DNA of 64,000 nucleotides, from the NCBI RefSeq assembly GCF_006345805.1, contig NC_043007.1:35340001-35404000 (forward strand), given 5' to 3'. Below are positions 1-11,237 of the stretch, piece after piece. The number at the start of each line of letters is the position of its first letter. Position 1 is the first letter of the stretch. The notes under the pieces were generated by a model. That model made no database searches, was not told the origin of the DNA, and saw only the letters and a program-made list of their open reading frames with translations. The DNA comes from Octopus sinensis (lineage: Eukaryota). Both the position numbers and the translations under genes were made by a program.

Positions 1-755
1 CTTGTGTTAAGAAGCCCATAAAAGACGGCACCTCTCCAATCTCACCAAATTAAAAGCATAATCTTCTTCGGGTGAAGTCCTGCTTTGGTGCTTGTATGTA
101 GAGGTTTGCGACGCTCCTCCTCCCATGTTTGTCTGCGCTTCACATTGTTATAGACGATCCAGTTTTCGTTCACTGTCACTACTTTCCTAAAAAAGATTTT
201 AAAAAGTTTTTCTTCACGTTTCTGCAAAGAATCGCGCAGATGGGGGGGGGGGAAGTCTGTTGCGCGAGGTTAGCCACATTCAATTTATAAGAGATCCAAA
301 CATCAAGCCAACTGACGTAACGAAGTTGATGTAGATTGTTTTCAATACTCGATTCGTATAAATGAGAAATGCCTGAAGGTATCCTGGTCATATAATAGGG
401 GTTGGTGTCGGCTATCTGCTTCGATTTGCATCTTGAAGCGAAAAATTTATTTCTCGACTGAAATTTTGAAAACTACTTCTGGCGCATACGTTCTTTGACA
501 GCATTCTCTCCGTGCACAGCAAATACCTTCCTGTAGGTTTCCGCCGTTCTCTTGCCCTTTTTTTTTATAAATAAAAAGCAAAAAAAGCATAAGAAGTCTA
601 ATAATGTTCGTTTTGGTTCTCCATTTTCAGTCTCTTCGCAAATTCGTGTCGAACTACGTTGAAGTGTCACGTATCTACGAATGTGCATGCACAAAGGACT
701 GACTGGTTTAATGTCGACAAAAACCGAAGGGACTTTCCCACGAGAAAAAAATAAA
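1..755 (-). mobile_element. Decayed mariner (Mos1-like) transposon: 5' end and N-terminal half of transposase pseudogene, running off the window start
   Basis: Minus-strand ATG at 624. Pieces read MENQNEH..., GKRTAETYRKVFAVHGENAVKER, NLHQLRYVSWLDVWISYKL and VVTVNENWIVYNNVKRRQTW...TKAGLHPKKIMLLIW, matching mariner HTH, WVPHxL and VTGDEKW..YxN / LHPKKxML motifs with stops and frameshifts. TIR-like AAAAACCGAAGGGACTTTCCC near 719-740. Confidence 0.88.
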
Positions 756-1007
756 TATAGGCCTGCGACAGAAAAACTTCCCACAATTTATGTAGCCATT
801 GGTGATGCGAGAGATAAGGTAAGTGTTTTCCTGTTGTTTATGTTTTATTGTATTTTTCGTTTCCGGTTAGAATCATGGTATGAAGTCGTGCGTTTGTTGG
901 TGAAACGTTTATGAAGGACGGTCAAGTGCGAGGTTTGTTGCCGTACCCTGTACACACGCATACACGCATGCACACACACGCACGCACACACACGCACGCA
1001 CGCACGC

Positions 1008-1044
<37 letters not shown>

Positions 1045-1084
1045 ACACACACACACACACACAATAAATGAGAAATGGAGCAGA

Positions 1085-1599
1085 AGATCTTTACCTTTTG
1101 ACCTACTGATTTTAAAAAATAATTTTTTGTAACTAAACACTTTCAAACGTCGGACACTAGTAGAATGTGTCATATAAAACATCTTTTACTCTTAGCATTT
1201 ATGAGAAAAACTTATATTTACGAAGTTATTTCACGTTAATGCGTAGTCCTATTTCGGTAATTTCAACCAATCAATGACATGTATTCAGCTGAATAAAATT
1301 ATTGTTGTTGTTTGTCAACAAGAACTTCCGGTGGTGTATATTTCGTTTGTCACTGTTATTTATGATAACCCTAACCCTAACCCTAAAACCTTAAAGCTAA
1401 AACCAGTGCAAACGCACGAACAATGTTACAGAAATAGGACTACTTTAATGTGAAATAACTTCGTAAATATAAATTTTTCTCAAAAATGCTAAGAGTAACA
1501 GATGTTTTATATGACACATTCCACCAGTGTCCAAAGTTTGAAAGTGTTTAGCTACAAAAAAATTATTTTTTAAATCTGTAGGTCAAAAGGTAAAGATCC
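1085..1599. mobile_element. Foldback MITE with long TIRs, (G/A)GATCTT termini, internal (TAACCC)3 and 8-bp TSD
   Basis: Left AGATCTTTACCTTTTGACCTAC... is the reverse complement of right ...GTAGGTCAAAAGGTAAAGATCC; the inverted similarity extends well over 100 bp. Flanks GGAGCAGA / GGAGCAGG match 7/8. TAACCC array at 1366-1386. Confidence 0.85.
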
Positions 1600-1809
1600 G
1601 GAGCAGGTGATATTATGTCTAATCAGTGGTTTAGAAAGGTATTATCAACGTGCGCGTGACAAATCGAACATGTGTGCAAGCGTGGATGAAAACACTGATA
1701 TATCCCTGTGCGTAATTATGCTAATTACGTAATGACATTCACAAATCGTAACCGAACGAACGGATATAATAAAAAATAAAAACTGGTTGTTTTGCTTACA
1801 TAAGAAGAA

Positions 1810-2800
1810 TAAGGCACTGTAAAAGGACTTGCTCTAGATTTTGGGGAAACTTTTTAACAAACGAACTTACGAGCGACTTGAAGCAACGAGCTACTTCAAA
1901 GTCGATCGAATACTGGAGCGCGTGCCTTTTCTGTTTTCTGTGAAGCGGTTGCGTTCCACTCGTCAGGCGCTCCATTTGCTGTCCACACCTGCTGAATGGA
2001 AGACTGCTGGTGCGCAGACATGCGCCGAAGCTGCGAAATCTCCAGTGTTTCCTAGACAGTGAGCAAGTGTGGTCGCCGTTTGTAAGACACGATTTTCCAC
2101 AGCTCGTCTCTTTGTCTGAACTGCAGTCCTGGATCACGTGTAGACCGAGGCAGGGCACCTGGCACTTAGAGTGTCGTCAAGCGTTCACAGTCTTCTGTCA
2201 GTCGGGTAATGCAGTTAGTCGCGGACAAGACGTTTTTGGAGAGACTCTGAACGTCGAGGAAAACGAGTTGGCTGGCTTATTCCGGAGGACTTTTGGACAG
2301 GGCCCCATGGATAACTTTCAGAAATTCCCTGGCCTGGCAGTGCTACCGGGGAGCATTGCCGGTTCGGGATAAATTCAGCAGGCATGGAGGTGCCGTCATC
2401 CGGGCTTTGCCCGAGGTGCGCGCAGAGCGACGAAACTGTTCTGCATGCTCTCGTCCAGTGCCCGAGTATTTCTGACCCGTGGGTTTATGTCGAACACCCG
2501 CTGTTGCATGTAGGACGTATCTGGCTATCGGCTGAGTCTATTATGAAGATAATCCCGCCGTCTTTCTTTGGTCGGGAAGGGCATGATATTTTTCTTTGCC
2601 TAATAGCTTTAGCGAAAGAGGTTGTGTGGCGGACTAGACTGAAAGGGCTGATGACAGGAAAAGGAAAGTGAGGGTGGAGAGGGAAGTTCTGCCCCTCAGC
2701 AATTTTGTTAAATGGTGGGTGTACCGCGAACAGCCCGACTGAATGGGCCGACTCTAAGACAAAGTAAAGAGGGTACTTCCCAGACAAGTGAACAGTGTAT
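1810..2800 (+). mobile_element. 3' fragment of an L1/Tx1-like non-LTR retrotransposon (zf-RVT-type C-terminus), ending at an (ATT)n tract
   Basis: Frameshifted pieces read NSLAWQCYRGALPVRDK and CPRCAQSDETVLHALVQCP...LIALAKEVVWRTR, the CCHC knuckle and downstream W..R pattern typical of L1/Tx1 ORF2 ends. GC-richer than flanks. Confidence 0.68.
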
Positions 2801-2808
2801 GAGTCAAA

Positions 2809-2809
<1 letters not shown>

Positions 2810-2847
<38 letters not shown>

Positions 2848-2904
2848 CATTATTATTATTATTATTATTATCATCATCATTATTATTATTATTATTATTA
2901 TTAT

Positions 2905-2953
<49 letters not shown>

Positions 2954-2979
2954 CATTATTATTATTATTATTATTATTA

Positions 2980-3010
<31 letters not shown>

Positions 3011-3050
3011 CATTATTATTATTATTATTATTATCGTTATTATTATTATT
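2810..3050. repeat. (ATT)n microsatellite
   Basis: Directly visible trinucleotide run with occasional ATC variants. Confidence 0.97.
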
Positions 3051-3467
3051 TCTTTATCAAACACGAGGGGTTTACATGAAATACATTATGGACAGCACCG
3101 GATGAATGCAATGTGGAATTACACGAAAGTAATAACACTTTCCTTTATAAGTACATCCGGTCTACTTCAAGTTCCTGTTGGCGTATTGAAAAAGGAAAAA
3201 CAAACCAGTGTAAATTTCCATTGTTTCAGTAGCCATGTATTTTTTTTTTGCTTTTGTTTGATTTAGTTTTATTTATTATTTTGTTGCTCATTTAATTTCC
3301 ATTGTAATATACTGTAATAGATGCTATTCTGAGATGTCATTACCTTCAGCCATCGTTGTTGTTTTTTTTGTTGTCGTTGTTGTAGTTGTTGTTCTAGTTG
3401 CCTTTGTTGTTGTTTTTGTTGGTAAGCACCCAGGTCGTACCTGGCCCAACCAACCTATTTTTAGGAG

Positions 3468-3631
3468 TAAGCGTAGGAATGGCTGTGGTAAATAGCTTGC
3501 TTACTAACCACATGGTTCCGGGTTCAGTCCCATCTGCGTGGCACCTTGGGCAAGTGTCTTCTACTATAACCTAGGGCCGACCAGAGCCTTGTGAGTAGAT
3601 TTGGTAGAGGGAAGCTGAAAGAAGCCCGTTG

Positions 3632-3704
<73 letters not shown>

Positions 3705-3928
3705 GTGTGTGTGTGTATATTTGTGTGTCGGTGTTTGTCCCTCCAGAATCGCTTGACAACCGATGCTGGTGTGTTTACGTCCCCGTCACTTAGCAGTTCG
3801 GCAAAAGAGACCGATAGAATAAGTACTGGGCTTACAACGAATAAGTCCTGGAGTAGATTTGCTCGACTAAAGGCGGTGCTCCAGCATGGCCACAGTCAAA
3901 TGACTGAAACAAGTAAAAAGAGTAAAGA
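3468..3928 (+). mobile_element. SINE family A (tRNA-like head, internal (TA)n(GT)n, GTAAAAGA-type tail), full-length
   Basis: Head ...ACCACATGGTTCCGGGTTCAGTCCC, body GGCACCTTGGGCAAGTGTCTTCTACTATA, internal microsatellite, and 3' half ...GGCGGTGCTCCAGCATGGCCACAGTCAAATGACTGAAACAAGTAAAA. Repeated many times in the window. Confidence 0.9.
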
Positions 3929-4079
3929 GAGAATTAAAAACTATATCTAATATGTGTTGTCTTTAGATAAGGAATGCATGTCCTGATTTGAGAGAGATAT
4001 TAGTGAACATACCTAGCAGATCGATCGATCACTTAAAGGCACCCTTGCTGGTTCGCTAATCAGCAGTTAATTACTAAGA

Positions 4080-4330
4080 CAGGTATCCAGAAATCGCAGT
4101 TGAGAATCACACGATGGATTCTTCAAACTGAGGCAATCAGTAGGAGATTTAGAGGTCGACCAAGAACGAGATGGCTGGATGACATATGACTTCCATAGTC
4201 TTAGTCATGCTTGGAAATCCTGACCAAAACTATCTAATGACGGTTGCTTCTGACAAGATTCTGAGGTGCCTGAGGACTCAGCCCTACGACACGTACCACC
4301 ACCAGGAATTGTGAACGAAGCATAGACCTG
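4080..4330 (+). mobile_element. RTE-clade LINE 3' fragment
   Basis: 4151-4186 translates as RGRPRTRWLDDI, the RGRP..RW.D.I motif at the C-terminus of RTE ORFs. Confidence 0.6.
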
Positions 4331-4377
4331 GATAGATGGTGTTTTTGTATTTCTTCTTTTTATTAGATTTCGATTTA

Positions 4378-4428
<51 letters not shown>

Positions 4429-4833
4429 ACGAACACACAGATGTCAATGAAATTTGTTTGCAGCTAAGCTTAATGATTTTGTGAATTTTTCAAAAACAGC
4501 TGTCCTGTCTGCCTCGCCCAGTATATTCATTATCTTCAACATTACATATTTAGTATTATTCTCACAGGAAATTTTCTCTTATTTATTGTTCCCGCTGATG
4601 GATGTTCTGCCTGCACTTGTAGGAGTGTTGTACGTTCGCAGAAACACAATCTGTATGCCTTGGGATGAAATACATTTCATTTCAAAACATATGCCTCGAA
4701 ATCTATCTATTTCGGTTAGTGTACTTTAAGTCATAATCATGGAACTGTGATTATTGCACACGCTCCTACATCTATTACTTCAAAATATGCTCTTCATGCG
4801 TATGTATATGTGTGTAGAAGTTTTTGTATGAGC

Positions 4834-4874
<41 letters not shown>

Positions 4875-4923
4875 TGCTCATACAAAAACTTCTACACACA
4901 TATACATACACACACACACATAT

Positions 4924-5014
<91 letters not shown>

Positions 5015-5093
5015 GGGGGAATTTACACAAAAGAACAAAAGATGGAGTGGTGTGATGTGGTGTGGTGCATATATATGTATATATATATTTACT

Positions 5094-5128
<35 letters not shown>

Positions 5129-5313
5129 AAAATAAGAAAATGGAGAAATATATCCAAATCAAATATCAATTACCAGATAATACCCAATCACATACTTTAT
5201 TAAACCACCACATAAGAAACTTTAAGGTTAAACATAATAGTGTAGAACAAAACAGTGTACATAAGGAGGGTTGCATTTACAACCCCTATCTCAATTTGTA
5301 TATATATATATAT

Positions 5314-5720
5314 AAAATCAAAATAAGCAACAAGGATAATCAGAGGTAATGCAGTACGATCGTTTCATGCAACTCCGTTTAATTGAGTAACTTCTATGCA
5401 GGAGTGGAGACAGTATGTTCTTTGTCTATCTACTTAACTTCTCGGAGATTTTAGGTATAATTATACTAATGTGACCATCTGTTCTAATTTAATTAAATTC
5501 TATGTCTTTGTGCAGCTGAGGATTGCTCTGCATTTTAAATTGATGTAATGATTTCATTGTTCAATTAAATGGAGTTGCAGGAAACGATCGTACTGCATTA
5601 CCTCTGGATATCCTTGTTGCTTATTTTGATTTTAATCACCTTACTTTGAAATTGTATGGATAATAACGTACAAATTCTGATGCCTCAACTTAAGTACCAT
5701 ATTCATCTGAATCTAAATCT
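5314..5720. mobile_element. Hairpin insertion in (TA)n: about 73-bp inverted arms (5314-5386 / 5561-5633) plus one-sided tail; probable inverted Penelope pLTR remnant
   Basis: AAAATCAAAATAAGCAACAAGGATA.TCAGAGGTAATGCAGTACGATCGTTTC...AATTGA and its near-perfect reverse complement, with (TA)n on both outer sides. The PLE assignment is inference. Confidence 0.6.
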
Positions 5721-5723
5721 ATG

Positions 5724-5810
<87 letters not shown>

Positions 5811-5959
5811 GTATGCATGTATGTATGTATGTATGTATGTATGTATGTATGTATGTATGTATGTATGTATGTATGTATGTGTATATATTTATATATCAAA
5901 GGATCAAAATTCCTTCCCGAGCAATAGGCCCAGAAGGCCGGTTTTGCTGATTTTGAGGA

Positions 5960-5999
<40 letters not shown>

Positions 6000-6002
<3 letters not shown>

Positions 6003-6168
6003 CCAACTAGATGGAACGCAGTTTTTTCATTTTTGTTACCTGTGCGATCAGGAACAACGTGAAATGAAGTGCTTTGCTCAAGAACACAACGCATCACCTG
6101 GACCAGGAATCGAAACCACAATCTTACGATCATGAGCACAACACCCTCACCACTAAGTCACGCACCTA
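6000..6168 (-). mobile_element. SINE family D fragment
   Basis: Shares GCAACGTGAAAT.AAGTG.TTTGCTCAAGAACACAAC...GGAATCGAAACCACAATCTTACGATCAT...CCACTAAG with the copy at 56590-56835. Confidence 0.8.
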
Positions 6169-6986
6169 CACACATACACACACAATATTTGTATGATGTA
6201 GTTTATTGGTTACGACACATAGTAAATGTAAAAAAAAAAAAAACTACAGAACATTAAAAGTGAACAAGCGAGCTAAAGGTAATACGGAAAAGTTTTCGAA
6301 TATAATCAAGCAATGATTAAAACGGAAAATAATAACCTAAGGAATACACAATCCAGGATGTAAACATATAGATTAATTAAAAAACAAAAACTAATAGACA
6401 TTGCTACCCTACAATCTATTACACATATTTAAAACACGAAAACACAGTTAAAATGAGTCAAATGTAAAGAGCAGAACAACATAACTTTAACTATCAGATT
6501 TTAATCGTCTTTAAACAACACGACATGGGAATAAACCAGTATAGACCAATATCTATTAAACTATAAACTTTAATTATAGGAAGTATATTTAAATGAATAT
6601 TTCACCTAAAAATATATATAAAGAATATAATATTGACTAAGATACCCTGAATCGTAGAGTAAATACTAACAATCATAAAACATGAAAGTATAGTTAAAAT
6701 GAACCAACGGAAAAGCACATTATTTTAACAATCAGGCATTAATCGCCTACGATGTGGAAATGAATCAATGTAGACCTATGACTATTAGATATAAGCTTTT
6801 ATTATATAAAATATATTTCGACCAATATTTTCTCCTAAAATATGTATTTAATCATCAAGAATTAACTAAAACAAACAAATTATATAAGGGAAATATTTGT
6901 TATACAAAAATAACATAAAACTACGTGCTGCAATGTAATTATTGGAAGCACAAACCTCTTAACTGCTGCTCACTGCCAAGAGACTA

Positions 6987-7221
6987 TTTTACTCTTTTAC
7001 TCTTTTACTTGTTTCAGTCATTTGACTGCGGCCATGCTGGAGCACCGCCTTTAGTCGAGCAAATCGGTCCCAGGACTTATTCTTTGTAAGCCTAGTAGTT
7101 ATTCTATCGGTCTATTTTGCCGAACCACTATGTTACGGGGATGTAAACACACTAGCATCGGTTGTCAAGCGATGTTGGGGGGACAAACAGACACAAAAAC
7201 ATATACACACATGTACACACA

Positions 7222-7255
<34 letters not shown>
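6987..7255 (-). mobile_element. SINE family A, 3' half
   Basis: Reverse complement of the 3730-3928 segment, ending in (CA)n(TA)n. Confidence 0.88.
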
Positions 7256-7270
<15 letters not shown>

Positions 7271-7288
7271 AATATGAGAGCAACCACC

Positions 7289-7506
7289 ATTATGTAATTT
7301 TACTCACATAATATACCTTTATTCGTAGCTCATCGGCGAACCCATTCAGGGGCACTTGAACTATAGCAGCGAATGCAATTGACTGGACCGCACGTGCGTT
7401 TATCGTGATGGTAAAGTCTAGCGTGCGGTCGAGAAAATTGTATTCTGAATGGGTTCGGCCGATGAGCTACAAATAAAGGTATATTATGTGAGTAAAATTA
7501 CATAAT
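7289..7506. mobile_element. Hairpin with about 61-bp inverted arms (7289-7349 / 7445-7506) abutting (TA)n and a Penelope-like RT remnant
   Basis: ATTATGTAATTTTACTCACATAATATACCTTTATTCGTAGCTCATCGGCGAACCCATTCAG and its near-perfect reverse complement. Confidence 0.65.
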
Positions 7507-7509
7507 TTA

Positions 7510-9620
7510 TTAATTTATTAATAGCGAAACAATTGTCCCGAACTAATTTACATTTTTGTTATGTTTATTTGCCCTGTCTGTGCCAGTAGTTGTGCTAATA
7601 TTCATCAGACAGATATATATTTGTCTTACTGTGAGTTTATGCTTCTTGATGATTTATACCAAAGAGAAAAGATATTTTGAGTCAAACAATTTGGTAGATG
7701 CCGCAGATGTACCGATGATATTTTAATTCCTCACTACAATTATTTTGAATATTTACTAGGGTGAATACATCCAGAACATCTCAAAGCGAATAGAAATGTT
7801 TACTTGGTAGATGAAGTTAACTATCAAGATATTTTAAGGTAGTTTGTGGGGGTAAAAAGGTTGGCTAGTATTTACTATAAAGCAGTTGAATTTTAATTTC
7901 TGTATTGTATTTTTGCCAAAAGCACTAAGTAGAATTCCTGTAAGATTTGAGTTTAATGTGTTTATATAGAGAGAGATTTAGCACAATAGCAATAACTTCA
8001 AACATAAATTAGTCTACCCTTTTTATATTAAGATTGGTATATAGTGTAGAGAAATCATTCACAAGCATGGTCCGAACCACTTTAATCTTTTGCAGCTTGT
8101 TTTAAAATTCGGTACTTGATCTAATATTCCAAAAATAAGCTAATACCCAAATTGCAAAGAATTCCTTTGCATTACTTTATAAAGGACAACCAAATAACAT
8201 TTAATACATCATTTAATGCATATAGACAGCTGTTTACTGGTACATTTTGTGACACCCGCAATAAATTTACTGTTATATGGGACCTTATGCGTGTTTGGAA
8301 TAATAAAAAAAAAAGAAACAACCTGTTTCTCTTCAACGCTTAAACCATTCAACATTTTTATATCTAGTATCAATTTCTGTTGTGTCGACGCCCCCAGACG
8401 ATGAAGTAGGCTAGCCCAATAAGTAGATATAGCGGGAGAAGTCTAGACGTCGAGAGGGGAGTAGAAGTCATCCGAACGTGCGATATAACAATTTCCTTAT
8501 TAAATTCTTCATAATGTCAGATACTACCATATAAGTACTATTACATTTAAAGTCATCTCCTGGTTCTGTTTCATTTCCTAATATCATTAAATGGTAATTT
8601 GTTTAGAAATAATTACATTTCTGGCAACCTTATCCGTTGGTACTATATTGTATTTATCTGGCTTTGCGTTAGTATATTCCTGACATCCTACAAACTAAAA
8701 ACTGATTCCTCTCCTATCATCCTATTCATACGTTGCAGTGACAAACCTGTTACTCTTTTCCCCCAGTTTTCAAATTCTTCCTCTTGAACATTGTACCGTA
8801 AATCCTCGAGTATAGTCCGCCCTTGAGTATAATACGCAGGGATTTGTAGGGGGCTGTACTTCTAAAAAACCTAAACCTTGTGTATAATACGCACCCCTTC
8901 TCTAACTTGAGTCGTGCGTAATTATGCCAGCAGCACCTCGTCGAACAAACACTTCCGCGCATGCGTAATACAATAATGGTGATGTTCTTACAGGGGAATG
9001 TAAATATGCTTCCAAATGGTTTTTGTTACATGTTATTCTGTGTTCTGAATACTTCTATTTTAATAAATGTTGCTTACTGCAAGTTATGGATGATTCTTTT
9101 ATGACTCCATTGCTTTCAGGCTTAGCTTAAGGCATTTTCGCGCTCGACATCACAAAATGCGTCTGAATAGACATTGCCGAACAAATAGAGACTCGGACAT
9201 TGCTTAGAAAATAATTTTCATTTTTAACCTCGTATATAGTACGCACTAGGGATTTTGACTTTTAAATTTTGGGGAAAAAATGCGGATCATACTCGAGGAT
9301 TTACGGTATTTAAGACTTAACCTAACTATATAATCGTCAAGCTTCTCTAACTTATTCCTAGTCATTCTACCGGGTTCCTCGAATTCAGTACAGTTCCCCA
9401 TTATCCTATTTCAATACTCATTTACAATGATATCTAATAAATTGTCATATATACGACGAACTTTAACTTCAGAAGGATTCGCATTAGAACCTGCGATTGC
9501 GCTAAATCCGAATTCTACTCCTTTACAAATTTATATCGGAGATTTAAATATTATTGCGATGACTTGCATATTTATTTCTAATATGTTCAGGCAGGTTCGA
9601 ACGTAGATATGTTAAAAGAT
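7510..9620 (-). pseudogene. Decayed Penelope-like element reverse transcriptase (Naiad-type motifs), split by a MITE
   Basis: Minus-strand motifs in the expected order: KYNIVPTDKVARNVII (8655-8608), PNTHKVPYNSKFIAGVTKCTSKQLS (8298-8224), YFWNIRSSTEF, DFSTLYTNL (8056-8030). Many stops and frameshifts. Confidence 0.75.
8796..9306. mobile_element. Tc1/mariner-superfamily (pogo/Tigger-like) MITE with TA TSD
   Basis: TA|CCGTAAATCCTCGAGTATA ... TCATACTCGAGGATTTACGG|TA. A lone matching right end also occurs at about 19865-19921. Confidence 0.85.
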
Positions 9621-9630
9621 TTGTTTATAG

Positions 9631-11004
9631 CAGGGGTCGGGGAAGTTTTTTAACCAATTACCCCAAAAATATATTTATTTACGCCGACATTACTCCCTTG
9701 ATTTGAAAGAAAGAAAATCATGGATTCTTTGAATTCAAAAGGTTTATTGGATCTATTGGGTTGTTCGGAAAGTTCGTGCCGATTTGGAAAGATAAAGGTC
9801 AATAAATGCTTGCCATTACATTTTTAATCAACCAAATATGAACCATTTGGTTGCATAATGCGTCTCCATCTTTCTTTTAACTTGAAAATACCCTCTTCCC
9901 AGAATTGAGGTGGTTTCATGGCAAAGAATTCATCAAGGTGTCTTTTTACGTCATCCCAGGAATTGAAATTTTTACCATTAAGACTATTCTGCAGAGACCT
10001 GAATAAGTGGGAATCCGAAGGAGCAATATCTGGTGAATATGGAGGGTGGGGTAACACATCCCAGCCGAGCTGCAGCAATTTTTGTCTGGTTCTCAAAGCA
10101 TCAAGTGCCGAAAATAAACTTTCTTATCTTCCAATTGAAAGGGTTTCACAATTAACACAGGTTATAGGAACATAAACCTTCTTCCACGAAAAGATAGCTT
10201 AAACTGTGCTCTAAATGGAGGTGTAGTCAAATCCTATTTTATGGACTCAGCCATGTTCTAAAATAAGTCGAAATGTAAGCTACTATAAATCGGCACGAAC
10301 TTTCCGGACAACCCAATATTTATATGGAGAATATAATTATAAATATAAAAAGTAGAAAAAATCGCAATAAAATAATTCAAGATCCTCATTATGAAACAAA
10401 TAGATTTTTCTAGAAAGGTTTTCACTTCAGGTTTTAGAGAAATGATGTTCACAACCCCTTAGTAATATTTTGTAGCTCAAAATGGCGTGACGTCTCCTAA
10501 ACGCGTCCATTACATTAGACAGATGCACTATGGTCAGGAGAAAAAATTTACTAGTAACAAGGAACACGTTTTTTTATATAATTATACATACGTCTAATGA
10601 GTTTTCATTACCTCCAAGAATTTCAACCGTGTTTCGTGGTCTGCTACTACAACAGCTCCTTTATAGGATCCAGTTAGCTCAAGACATCTTCAGGAGGAAC
10701 CACGTCCGGTTTCGGCCCCTGCTCCTCTACCGTTTTGACGTGGCGCTTCCCCACTTTCGGAGGTGTCTTCAGCTCTGGTGTTGGGTGCATGTCTTCTTTC
10801 TTCTGTTCCCTAGCCTATTCGATGTAGCGTCAACGAGTGTCGGCGGGCGACTGACTGACTTGTCAAATTTTTTCCCTTTAAATACCTGCTGTAGGCTCCA
10901 GCAGGCAGCCCCAGCAAGTTGTCACGTGACACTGTCTCAACTTTAACTGACCAATTTCATTTTTACCCCACTTAGGGTAATTTACCCCGGTTCGCCAACC
11001 CCTG
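9631..11004. mobile_element. Possible hAT element envelope containing the nested mariner derivative
   Basis: CAGGGGTCGGGGAA at 9631 and TTCGCCAACCCCTG ending at 11004 are hAT-like termini. Flanks GTTTATAG / ACTTATAA match only 5/8, so pairing of the two ends is uncertain. Confidence 0.3.
9756..10316 (-). mobile_element. Non-autonomous mariner deletion derivative (561 bp), TA TSD
   Basis: TIRs TTGGGTTGTTCGGAAAGTTCGTGCCGATTT / AAATCGGCACGAACTTTCCGGACAACCCAA with TA both sides. The N-terminal MEDKKVYFRHLML is joined to the C-terminal TRQKLLQLGWDVLPHPPYSPDIAPSDSHLFRSLQNSL. Confidence 0.95.
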
Positions 11005-11074
11005 ACTTATAAGTGACCAAATGTTTGTGGTATATATTATCTCATTCACTCCGTAAAATCGACGTTGCCTGAAC

Positions 11075-11237
11075 AGGCGCACGGTGTATCACACGTCATG
11101 TGTTGAAGTGATCGGAGAGAAACGTGAGATGAAGTGTTTTACTTAAGAACACAAAGCATCATTCCAAGGTCTAGGAATTAAAACCACGATCTCGCAATCG
11201 CGAATGCATCTCCCAAACCACTAGGACATGCGCCTCC
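11075..11237 (-). mobile_element. SINE family D, diverged fragment
   Basis: AACGTGAGATGAAGTGTTTTACTTAAGAACACAA...AAACCACTAGGACATGCGCCTCC matches the family D head and body. Confidence 0.65.

Noticed and set aside
790-825. Plus-strand donor AAG|GTAAGT
   Set aside because: There is no acceptor or credible exon upstream; it lies immediately beside a mariner end.
1366-1386. Telomere or chromosome-fusion scar
   Set aside because: Only three units, located inside a TIR-bounded element with a TSD.
8205-8225. In-frame TGA in the Naiad-like RT as a selenocysteine codon
   Set aside because: Some Naiads are reported to recode UGA, but this copy also has TAA/TAG stops and frameshifts, so the TGA is uninformative.
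10620-10800. Hammerhead or solo-LTR reading of the GC-richer segment
   Set aside because: CTGAAGA and GAAAC pieces cannot be assembled into one fold, and no TG...CA boundaries with a TSD were found.
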